32,973 nucleotides of DNA from a virus (lineage: Duplodnaviria; Caudoviricetes). The notes beneath the pieces were generated by a model. It had not been told where the DNA came from. It saw only the letters and a list, made by a program, of their open reading frames with translations, and searched no databases. The position numbers and the translations under genes are program-made. The stretch's first letter is position 1. Each line of letters begins with the position of its first letter. The DNA is taken from the IMG/VR virus record IMGVR_UViG_3300035200_000200, positions 1 to 32,973 of that record; one strand, given 5' to 3'. Positions 16,497 to 24,374 of this stretch are shown piece after piece.

Positions 16497-16691
16497 ATGG
16501 CAGACCGATTCACCGACGCCGCCTATGGCCTCGCCGAGGCGCCGGACGACTGGACCGCCCTCCCCGATAGCGTGCTCGACGTGTACGCCGCCGACGCGGT
16601 GCCGCCGATCCGGGACGAGGCCCGGGCAGAATGGCGCCGCCGCGCCGAGGCGGCGTGGGCCGCACGGAATAGGCGCGCCGAGGCCGAATAG
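16497..16691 (+). CDS. small protein, candidate immunity partner of the MuF toxin
   Basis: ATG 2 nt after the MuF stop; 64 aa, acidic N-terminal half. Confidence 0.55.
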   Translation: MADRFTDAAYGLAEAPDDWTALPDSVLDVYAADAVPPIRDEARAEWRRRAEAAWAARNRRAEAE

Positions 16692-16725
16692 TCGACGCTG
16701 CGCCTATTGTGATAGCGTCGGCCTC

Positions 16726-17229
16726 GTGCCGAACCCTCCCGCGCCGCAGGGCGCACCCGACACGCCGCAGGGCGACGACACCACCCCCGACGCCCCCGAC
16801 ACGACCGCCGAGACGGCGCCGCACGGCGACGACGACGGCCCCGAGGGCACCGACTGGAAGTCGGCCGCACGTCAGTGGGAGCGACGCGCTAAGCGTGACG
16901 CCGCCGCCCTCGCCGCCGCTAGGGCCGACGCCGACCGGGCACTAGCCGAGGCACGCGCCGAGGCCGACGCCGCACGGGAGGCCGCACGCCTCGCCGACCT
17001 GGAGCGGGTGCGGTTCCGGGTCGCTGCGGACGCCGGCCTGCCCGTCGACCTCGCCGACCGCCTGCGCGGCGACGACGAGGCCGCGCTGCGCGCCGACGCC
17101 GAGGCGCTGCGCGCACGCCTGCGACCCGGCACCGGGACACCGGCCGTCGACGCCGGCACCGGTCGGGGCGCCGCCGACGGGGTGGCCGACCTGAACCGAC
17201 TATTCCGAATCGCAGCGGGTAAAGGGTAA
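16726..17229 (+). CDS. capsid scaffolding protein
   Basis: Acidic disordered N-terminus, TDWK..AR.WE.RAK, coiled coil, GLP..LADRL.G.DE..L.ADA; precedes the MCP. Confidence 0.85.
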   Translation: MPNPPAPQGAPDTPQGDDTTPDAPDTTAETAPHGDDDGPEGTDWKSAARQWERRAKRDAAALAAARADADRALAEARAEADAAREAARLADLERVRFRVAADAGLPVDLADRLRGDDEAALRADAEALRARLRPGTGTPAVDAGTGRGAADGVADLNRLFRIAAGKG

Positions 17230-17256
17230 CCGGCCCCGCAGACTGGTGGCGCAATC

Positions 17257-18135
17257 ATGGCAAGTATCGGCCGCACCGAGGCCGCGGCGCTGTTCACCGA
17301 GGGTTTCACCGCCTCGGTGATTAAGGCGACCGAGGCGGCGTCGGTGGCCCTCGCGACTATTCCGACGTTCCCTATGTCGTCGAAGGTGCATAAGCAGCCC
17401 GTGTTGTCGGCCCTGCCGTCGGCGCGGTTCCTGGCCTCGGTGGGTGAGGTTAAGCCGTTGTCGTCGGCGGCGTGGGATAACGTCTTTGTGACCGCCGAGG
17501 AAATCGCGGTTATCGTTCCTATCGACGACACCGTTATTGCCGACGCCGCTATCAATGTCGTGTCCGAGGTGCAGGCCGCTATTGCGCAGGCATTCGCCGC
17601 GACAATTGACGCCGCCGTATTCTTCGGCACGGGTGCGCCGGACTCGTGGCCCGACGGTGGTATCGCCGCCGTGGCCGAGGAGGTCGAATACGCCGACGGC
17701 GACACGTGGGGTGCAGCGTTCGACGCCGTCGAGGCCCTCGGCGCAGACGTCACCGACGTCTGGGCGTCGCGCAGCGCGCGCGGGTTGTGGCGCACCGCGC
17801 GCAGCGGTACCGGTAACGACTCGCGGGTCGCCGAGGTATCGACCACCGACGTGTGGGGTATCGCGCCGACCTACCCCCTCGGGTGGGACAAGGCCGCCGC
17901 CCTCGCCATTGTCGGTGACGACTCGGCCGCGCGTATCGGCATCCGGCAGGACTTGACGTTTTCCATTTCGGACCAGGCCAACCTCACCGGGTTCGGGTCG
18001 TTGTGGGAGAAGGACGCCACCGCAATTCGCGCCGTTATGCGGGTCGGTTTCGCCCTCGCGAACCCCATTTCGGTGTGGTCGGGTGCGCGCGCGTACCCGT
18101 TCGCTAAGGTCGTTCCGGCTACCGCGGGGCCGTGA
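17257..18135 (+). CDS. major capsid protein (HK97 fold)
   Basis: VGEVKP, EEIAVIVPI, AFAATIDAAVFFGTG, D..AIRAVMRVGF motifs. Confidence 0.9.
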   Translation: MASIGRTEAAALFTEGFTASVIKATEAASVALATIPTFPMSSKVHKQPVLSALPSARFLASVGEVKPLSSAAWDNVFVTAEEIAVIVPIDDTVIADAAINVVSEVQAAIAQAFAATIDAAVFFGTGAPDSWPDGGIAAVAEEVEYADGDTWGAAFDAVEALGADVTDVWASRSARGLWRTARSGTGNDSRVAEVSTTDVWGIAPTYPLGWDKAAALAIVGDDSAARIGIRQDLTFSISDQANLTGFGSLWEKDATAIRAVMRVGFALANPISVWSGARAYPFAKVVPATAGP

Positions 18136-18164
18136 CCGGCTAGGCCCGAGGCCGGCGACGGTTC

Positions 18165-18208
18165 GGGTGTGCAGCGCCGGCGGGGGTAGACCCCCCGCGC
18201 TGCACCCC
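18165..18208 (+). terminator. hairpin downstream of the MCP gene
   Basis: GTGCAGCG...GGGGG-taga-CCCCC...CGCTGCAC. Confidence 0.5.
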
Positions 18209-18270
18209 GCCGCCCCGCCTCGGGCCGCCTCGGTGTCGGGTGTCGGGTGACAAGCCGGGAGGGTGTCGGG

Positions 18271-20841
18271 ATGGGTGACGACGGCAAGCGGGACGCGCCG
18301 GCCGCGCCGTGGGTGGCCTGGTTGCCGCCGGCCATGCCGGACGACGAGAAGGCCGGGTTCGCCGCCGCCTATCCGCACGACCCGCACCGGGCCGCCGCCG
18401 AGGCGTGGGAGGCGTGGGCCGCTGCGGGTGCAGGCGAGGACGACCCGGCCGCCGGCGGGGCGGGTGGCCTCGCCGGTGCGCGCAGCGTGACGACGGGTGC
18501 CCAGTCGGTGACCTACGGGCCGCGGGGTGCCGGGGCGGTCGCCTCGGCGCTGGAGCGTGCCGCCTGGCACCGTGCCAGGGCGCGTGTCGTGTCCCGTGAG
18601 GTGGCCCCCCGCTACCGTCGCAGCGACGACCTCGGCGCGGTGTGGGGCGGTGCCGGGGGGCATCACGCGCACGGCGGGACGTCCGGCGGTGCCGGGGGTG
18701 AGCCTGGCGCGTGGCCCGGACAACGGGGCGAGAAGGGCGACAAGGGCGACAAGGGCGACCCCGGTGACTCGTGGGTGCCGTCGCCGACCCTCGCCGACCC
18801 CGGCGACGTCCTCACCGTCGCCGACGGTGCAGCGGTCTGGGCCGCGCCGCCGGCCGCCGAGGTCGGCAACCTCGCCGCCCGTGTCGGGACGCTGGAGGCC
18901 GACCTCGTCGACGTCGACGCCGCCGCCGCCGACGCCACGGCCGCCGCCGCCGACGCCGCCGCGACGGCAACCGACGCCGCCTCGGTGGCCGCCGCCGCCA
19001 CCGACGCCGCCGCCGACGCCGCCACGGCCGCCGCCGAGGCCGCTACGGCCGCGCAGGACGCCGCCACGGCCGCCGCGGGTGCCGACAGTAGGGCACGCGC
19101 CGCCGAGGCCGCAGCGGTCGCCGTAGCCGCCGACCTCGCCGACAACACGCGGGCCGACGAGGCGTGGCGTGCCACGGCTACCGACGCCTTCGGGGCGGTC
19201 GCCTCGCAGGCCGACGACACGGCCGACCTGCTCGGGCAGGCCCTCGGCGACCCTGCCGGGACACCGCCGCCGGACTGGACCCCGACCGCGTGGGCCGAGG
19301 GGTCGGTGGTCGCACACCTGGGCGGGGTGTGGCTTGCACGGCAGGCCGCGCCGGCCGGTCACGTCCCCGGCTCGTCGGCGCGGTGGGAATCCGTGACGGT
19401 GCCGGACCTCGCCGACCGGGTCAACAATGCGCGCCGGGACGTCGACGCCCTCGCCGCCCTCGTGCCGCCCCTCCCCGCGTCGCCGGCGGGGCGTGCCCTC
19501 GTCGTCGACGAGTCCGGCCGCCCCGCGTGGCTGGTGCCGCCGACGTCGACGCTTGACGGCCTCGCCGACGTGACCGCGCCGCCGACGACACCCGCGGGGG
19601 TTGTCCTCGGGACGACCGCAACCGGGGTGTGGGGGCCGGTACCCGCGCAGGCCGGACCCCGCGGCCCCGAGGGGCCGCGCGGCCCCGAGGGGCCGCAGGG
19701 CGACGGTATCCGCATCCTATCGGCGGTGCCGACCGCGTCGGCCCTCCCGACGTCCGGCAACCAGCCCGGGGACGCGCACCTGGTCACCGACACCGGCAAC
19801 CTAGCGGTGTGGGGGAGCGACGACGCCTGGCACGAGGTCGGGCACGTCACGGGACCGCGCGGCCCCGAGGGGCCGCAGGGTCCGCCTGGTGACCCGGGGG
19901 AACCCGGCCCGCCGGGTGACCCGGGGGAGCGGGGCGCGCCGGGGGAGCGGGGCGCGCCGGGTCCGGCCGGTCCGCTGGACGTCCTCACCGACGTATCGGC
20001 GCCGGCCGACACGCCGGCGGGGCACTACCTCGGGACGACCGCGACCGGGGTGTGGGAACCCGTACTTCTACCGCCCCCCGCTGCGGTGCCCCTTGACGGC
20101 CTCGCCGACGTGACCGCGCCGCCGTCGACACCCGCGGGAAAGTACCTCGGGACGACGGGCACCGGGGCGTGGGGGCCCGTCGACCCGCCGGCCGGCGGGG
20201 GCGAGGCCCTACCGACGTGGTGGCGCGAACAGGTCGAATCGTTCCTAACGGTGCCCGCACAATGGACGGCACCCTATCCCGACTGGGACGCCGCCACCGA
20301 CTACGCGCGTAACGCAATCGTGATGTCGGCGGGTACCCCCTATATCGCGACGGCCGACCCGGGGGTGGGAATTCGGCCGCCGGCCGCGCCGTGGGTGACC
20401 CTGTCGGTAATGCGGGACGTCCTGCAGCGCCGACTCGACGGCCTCGCCGACGTGACCGCGCCGCCGTCGACACCCGCGGGTAAATTCCTCGGGACGACGG
20501 GCACCGGGGTGTGGGAGGCCGTCGACCCGCCGGCCGGCGGGGGCACCGGGGGGCCGGTCGCCCTGGACGACCTCACCGACGTAACGGTGTCGACCGCCGT
20601 CAACGGGCAAGTACTCACGAAAATGCCGACCGGCTGGACCGGCCGCGCGATCACAATGTCGCTTGACACGGTCACCGACGTATCGGCGCCGAACACGACA
20701 CCAGCCGGGATGATGCTCGGGACGACCGCCGTCGGTTCGTGGGGGCCGGTTGACGGGTGGCACCGCTGGACCGGCACCCAGGCCCAATATGACGCCCTCG
20801 CCGTCAAAGATCCGGCGACGTTGTACGTGGTGACCGGGTGA
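18271..20841 (+). CDS. putative head-tail adaptor-like domain fused to a collagen/fibre protein
   Basis: N-terminal SVTTGAQSVTY connector-like motif; Gly-X-Y runs; Ala-rich coiled coil; CBM5/12-like W...Y....V...G..Y.A; C-terminal WTGTQAQYDAL..KDPATLYVV. Confidence 0.7.
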   Translation: MGDDGKRDAPAAPWVAWLPPAMPDDEKAGFAAAYPHDPHRAAAEAWEAWAAAGAGEDDPAAGGAGGLAGARSVTTGAQSVTYGPRGAGAVASALERAAWHRARARVVSREVAPRYRRSDDLGAVWGGAGGHHAHGGTSGGAGGEPGAWPGQRGEKGDKGDKGDPGDSWVPSPTLADPGDVLTVADGAAVWAAPPAAEVGNLAARVGTLEADLVDVDAAAADATAAAADAAATATDAASVAAAATDAAADAATAAAEAATAAQDAATAAAGADSRARAAEAAAVAVAADLADNTRADEAWRATATDAFGAVASQADDTADLLGQALGDPAGTPPPDWTPTAWAEGSVVAHLGGVWLARQAAPAGHVPGSSARWESVTVPDLADRVNNARRDVDALAALVPPLPASPAGRALVVDESGRPAWLVPPTSTLDGLADVTAPPTTPAGVVLGTTATGVWGPVPAQAGPRGPEGPRGPEGPQGDGIRILSAVPTASALPTSGNQPGDAHLVTDTGNLAVWGSDDAWHEVGHVTGPRGPEGPQGPPGDPGEPGPPGDPGERGAPGERGAPGPAGPLDVLTDVSAPADTPAGHYLGTTATGVWEPVLLPPPAAVPLDGLADVTAPPSTPAGKYLGTTGTGAWGPVDPPAGGGEALPTWWREQVESFLTVPAQWTAPYPDWDAATDYARNAIVMSAGTPYIATADPGVGIRPPAAPWVTLSVMRDVLQRRLDGLADVTAPPSTPAGKFLGTTGTGVWEAVDPPAGGGTGGPVALDDLTDVTVSTAVNGQVLTKMPTGWTGRAITMSLDTVTDVSAPNTTPAGMMLGTTAVGSWGPVDGWHRWTGTQAQYDALAVKDPATLYVVTG
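19552..20751 (+). repeat. dispersed ~30-aa repeats LDGLADVTAPP.TPAG..LGTT.TG.W.PV
   Basis: Copies begin near 19552, 19975, 20092, 20434 and 20662, with a degenerate one at 20563. Confidence 0.85.
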
Positions 20842-21575
20842 CCGTCCTCGGGTCGGCCGCTGCGGTGTACGCCGGCGGGGTGCGCGCCTCGGCGGTGTAC
20901 GCCGGCGCCGTCAAGGTGTGGCCCGCCGGCCTCCCCGAGGTGACGGGGGTCGCCTATTGGGCCGACGGGGTGTCGCTGCGCCTCGTGTTCCCTACGATGC
21001 CCACGACCGGGTCGGCCGTGTTCGACGTCGTCGCCGCACCCTCCCCGCTCCTGCACCCGGACCGTACCCTCGGCGGGACGACCGTGGGGGGCACGGGCAC
21101 GCAATCGGTGGTGTGGTTCGGGACGGAAACGGGCGCGGGGGTCAACGTCACCGACGCCGCCTGGCGCGGCGTGCACAACGGCGACGCCGCGACGCGCCTC
21201 GGCGGTATGCGCGTCGAGGTGACCCGCAGCGGTAGCACCGTGACCCGGCTTGACGCCCTCGGCCCCTCGCCGACGCCGCTAGGGTTCGGGGTGCACGACA
21301 CCGCGCTAACCCTCGTCGTCGGCACGCCCGAGGCATCCCTACGGGTGCCCCGAACCCCGGTCACCCTGGTTTTGTCGGCGTCGTTCCGCACCTACGCCGC
21401 AGGCCATGCGGCCTCGGTGCCGGTGTGGACCGACGCCGCGGGGGTGAGTCTCCCCGTGCGCGGTGCCGGGGGGCAGGCCGTGACCTACGCCGAGGCGGTC
21501 GCCGCCTCGGCTGGACCGGCCGCGCTACGGTTCGACGCCGCCGCCTCGGCCTGGACCCTGGAGGCCGCCCCGTGA
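20838..21575 (+). CDS. fibre-associated minor structural protein
   Basis: N-terminal VYAGG...AVYAG.VKVWP motif, typically found after TQAQYDAL-ending fibre proteins. Confidence 0.6.
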   Translation: MTVLGSAAAVYAGGVRASAVYAGAVKVWPAGLPEVTGVAYWADGVSLRLVFPTMPTTGSAVFDVVAAPSPLLHPDRTLGGTTVGGTGTQSVVWFGTETGAGVNVTDAAWRGVHNGDAATRLGGMRVEVTRSGSTVTRLDALGPSPTPLGFGVHDTALTLVVGTPEASLRVPRTPVTLVLSASFRTYAAGHAASVPVWTDAAGVSLPVRGAGGQAVTYAEAVAASAGPAALRFDAAASAWTLEAAP

Positions 21576-21967
21576 TTCTGCTAGCGAATACGCCGGTGGC
21601 GCTGCACCCGGCCGGCCCTCGGGACGCGCACGGCTGGACCGGCCGCGCCGTCGGGCCGCCACTGTGGTCCGGCCCCGGGAGCGTGCAGGCCGCGCCGACC
21701 GTCGCCGCCCGGGACGCCGCCGCCGGCGGGGGTCACGGGCCGGGGGCACCCGCTGCGAGGCCGACCGCCCGACTCTACGTCCCCGAGGCCGCACCCCTCG
21801 CCCCGGGACAGTACGCGCACGCCGCCGGCCGGTGGTGGGCCGTGGGCGCGGTGTGGCCCGTCCCCGACCCGACCGGGGGGCCGCTCGGGGTGTGGTGCGC
21901 CGACCTCGCCGCCGCACCCGACCAGCCCGACACCGAGGGGGGTGCAGCGTGGCCGACGTCCGGCTAA
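21572..21967 (+). CDS. head-to-tail stopper-like protein
   Basis: Size, position and RDAHG...LYVP.......G.....AGRWWAV pattern. Confidence 0.6.
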   Translation: MILLANTPVALHPAGPRDAHGWTGRAVGPPLWSGPGSVQAAPTVAARDAAAGGGHGPGAPAARPTARLYVPEAAPLAPGQYAHAAGRWWAVGAVWPVPDPTGGPLGVWCADLAAAPDQPDTEGGAAWPTSG

Positions 21968-22269
21968 CGATCAACGGCCGGGTACTCGAGAATTTCGGCG
22001 CCGACGTCGCCCGACGTATCGCCGCCGACGTCCTCGCCGCCGCGGTCGCCGGCGCGCCGCAGCGCCTCGGCACCCTCGGCGGGTCCGGCACGATGCAACC
22101 CGACCCCGACAACCCGTCCGGGTGGGTGGTGTCATTCCCCGTTTTCTACGCGCCTTTTGTCGAATTCGGCACGGTGTATTGGCCGGTGTCGGTGCCGCCT
22201 AAGGTTTCCGGTCGCCGCCCGTTTCTCGGGCCGGCCCTCGCCGAGGTTGCTGCGGCGTGGGGGTTGTGA
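21949..22269 (+). CDS. HK97 gp10-like neck/tail completion protein
   Basis: AP..LGTL..S, YAPFVEFGT, RPFLGPA motifs. Confidence 0.8.
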   Translation: MADVRLTINGRVLENFGADVARRIAADVLAAAVAGAPQRLGTLGGSGTMQPDPDNPSGWVVSFPVFYAPFVEFGTVYWPVSVPPKVSGRRPFLGPALAEVAAAWGL

Positions 22270-22619
22270 TGCCAGAATTCTCGCCGCTGGACGTCGCCGC
22301 GTGGGTGGTCGCCCTCGCCGAGCCGGCCGCCGCCGCCGCCGGCGCCTCGGTGACGGTGTGGGAGGTGACCGCCGTCCCGCGCGGCGAGGCGTGGCAGGGT
22401 GGGGCGCCGCTGCGCCTCGCCACGACGGTGCAGGCCGACGTCCGGGGGCCGGACAAGCCGACGACACGGGCCGCCGCGGTCGCCGTCGCCGCCGCCCTCG
22501 TCGACCCCGACACCGACTATGCGGTACGGCTTGTCGCCGGGCCGTTTTGGCTTGCCGACGGCGACGGATCGCCGCGGTACGTCCTGCGCGCCGAGGTGTC
22601 GACACGCGCCGCGGGGTGA
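22269..22619 (+). CDS. tail terminator-like protein
   Basis: VQADVRG..K...A, GPFWL.D....RY; immediately before the major tail gene. Confidence 0.6.
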   Translation: MPEFSPLDVAAWVVALAEPAAAAAGASVTVWEVTAVPRGEAWQGGAPLRLATTVQADVRGPDKPTTRAAAVAVAAALVDPDTDYAVRLVAGPFWLADGDGSPRYVLRAEVSTRAAG

Positions 22620-22678
22620 CGGGCCGCCCTCGGGGGCGGTAGGGTGCCGGTAACGGCCGACCGAATAGGGGTAGGACA

Positions 22679-23263
22679 ATGGCGAACACGTCCGGGCTGA
22701 ACCCGGATAAGGTGATGCTGGGCACCGCTAACGGTGCCGGGTTGTGGGTGGCACCGGTCGGCACCGAACCGCCGGCGACCGTCGGCGCGCCGTGGGGCGT
22801 GGGCTGGACCAGCCTCGGCTACGTCAGTGACGACGGCGTGAAGATCGCCGTAGAGACCGAGTCGGAAACCCTGACGCCGTGGCAATCGCGAAGCCCAATT
22901 CGGACGGTGGTCACGGGTAAGTCACTCACAATGGAATTCACGTTGTGGGAATTCACCGCCGAGAATGTCGCCCTGTACTTCGACACCGAGAAGCCGGCCG
23001 CCGCGACGGGGGACGCCTGGACCGTCGAGGTCCGCAGCGACGGTGGGGGCGCTACTTACGCCGTCGGAATCGCGACCCGCGACGGTGACCGGGGCGTCAA
23101 TTACGTATTCGGCCGCGCGTCGCTGTCCGAGTCGGGGGAAATCGAATTGACGAAGGCGACCGCGCAGGGCCTCCCCGTCACCCTCGCCGCGCTGGACGAC
23201 GGCGGCGTGTTGTGCACCATCACCAGCGGTAGCGCCGCCGCGCCGCCGCCGCCCGGGGCGTGA
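22679..23263 (+). CDS. major tail protein
   Basis: APVGT..P, LGYVSDDGV, WQ...IR, FTLWE motifs of actinophage tail tube proteins. Confidence 0.9.
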   Translation: MANTSGLNPDKVMLGTANGAGLWVAPVGTEPPATVGAPWGVGWTSLGYVSDDGVKIAVETESETLTPWQSRSPIRTVVTGKSLTMEFTLWEFTAENVALYFDTEKPAAATGDAWTVEVRSDGGGATYAVGIATRDGDRGVNYVFGRASLSESGEIELTKATAQGLPVTLAALDDGGVLCTITSGSAAAPPPPGA

Positions 23264-23625
23264 CCGTGGCAGAAACGACGACGACGCCGACGGCCGCCTA
23301 CCCTGCGCCGCCGCAGCGGCCCCCCGGGTCGGTTTTCTACGACGGCGATATTGCCGCCGCTGCGCGGGCCGCGGTCGCCGAGGGTAACCGCGCCGTATTC
23401 ACCTTCAGGTGTAAAGGTGTAACGGTTGACATTCCGCCGGCCGTGGACTGGCCCCTCGGCGTGCTGGACGCCGTATCGGCCGGCAATATCCCGGCGGCGT
23501 GCCGGTTGTTGTTCCCACCGGACCAGTGGGACGCGCTGCGCGAGGCCGGCGCGACCCTCGCCGACCTCGTCGGCCTGTTCTCGCGCCTCGCCGACTGGCA
23601 GGGCGTCACCGACCTGGGAAAATGA
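23260..23625 (+). CDS. tail assembly chaperone (G)
   Basis: Position after the major tail gene; ends LGK at the slippery site. Confidence 0.8.
   Translation: MTVAETTTTPTAAYPAPPQRPPGSVFYDGDIAAAARAAVAEGNRAVFTFRCKGVTVDIPPAVDWPLGVLDAVSAGNIPAACRLLFPPDQWDALREAGATLADLVGLFSRLADWQGVTDLGK
23616..23622 (+). other. programmed -1 frameshift slippery site GGGAAAA
   Basis: G GGA AAA then TGA; the -1 frame is open to 24047, the canonical G/GT arrangement. Confidence 0.85.
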
Positions 23626-24047
23626 CGGCGGTGTGCCGCCTCGCACGCCGCCCCGACGTCGAGGCCGCCCTACTGGCCCACTACGGGGTCGACGTCCGGC
23701 AGGGCATCACACCGCGCCGCCTCGCCGTCCTCGTGTCGCACCTACCGCCCGGCGTCGTCACCGGCACCGGACGGCCGGACGACTGGACCCAGGAGGCGCA
23801 CCTATTGGCCGGACTCGTCGACGCCGTGCACGCCCTCACCGTCGTCACCCTCAAGGGCCTCGGGGCGCGGGGCGTGCGAATGCCGGCGCCGACACCCCGC
23901 CCCGGCGCCTCGGGGCGCCGTAGCCGGGCCGACACGGCCGGGGGCGACGGTGGGGGCCTGCGACCCGTCCCAGGCGGTCTGAGGGGCCTCGCCGCGGCCC
24001 TCGCAGGCACCCCCGGGGTGGTTGTCACCGGCGGGGGTGCGCCGTGA
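23622..24047 (+). CDS. tail assembly chaperone frameshift extension (T part of GT)
   Basis: EAALLAHYGVD...RRLAVLV.HLP...W....HLLA..VD pattern. Confidence 0.8.
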   Translation: MTAVCRLARRPDVEAALLAHYGVDVRQGITPRRLAVLVSHLPPGVVTGTGRPDDWTQEAHLLAGLVDAVHALTVVTLKGLGARGVRMPAPTPRPGASGRRSRADTAGGDGGGLRPVPGGLRGLAAALAGTPGVVVTGGGAP

Positions 24048-24364
24048 CCCGGCAGGCCGAGTGGGTCGCCGACGCTGCGCACCTTATCGCCGCTTTCTAC
24101 CGGCCGGGGGACGTCGACGACGCCTGGACCGTCGTCGACGGCGAGGCGGTGTGGGTGGCATCGTCACGGGGCGACAAGGCGCGCCGATTCTGGGTGATCG
24201 TCGCCGCCGATTCTGTCGCCGTTCACGGGTGGCGCGGGTGTAGGTTGTGCGAGTCGGAATCGTGCACCCGCGCCGAGTGGCTGGGCCGGCCGGCGTCGGT
24301 TGACTGTTTGGCCGCCGTGTTGGTTCCCGTGTTGCGCGGTGCGCTGCACCACGACGAGGGGTGA
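24044..24364 (+). CDS. hypothetical protein inserted between the chaperone and tape measure genes
   Basis: GTGA-coupled; CRLC....C motif. Confidence 0.55.
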   Translation: MTRQAEWVADAAHLIAAFYRPGDVDDAWTVVDGEAVWVASSRGDKARRFWVIVAADSVAVHGWRGCRLCESESCTRAEWLGRPASVDCLAAVLVPVLRGALHHDEG

Positions 24365-24374
24365 GGGGTAGGCC

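Noticed and set aside
17200-19362. Long antisense or alternate-frame Arg/Pro/Gly-rich ORFs (e.g. 17200-19362, 25679-26965, 31292-32389)
   Set aside because: Shadow ORFs expected from stop-codon scarcity at this GC content; they overlap well-supported genes
19552-20751. Diversity-generating retroelement TR/VR pair in the fibre repeats
   Set aside because: All copies are in-frame protein repeats, differences are not adenine-specific, and no reverse transcriptase is present
23616-23622. Frameshift as a novel recoding event or sequencing error
   Set aside because: It is the well-known tail assembly chaperone -1 frameshift
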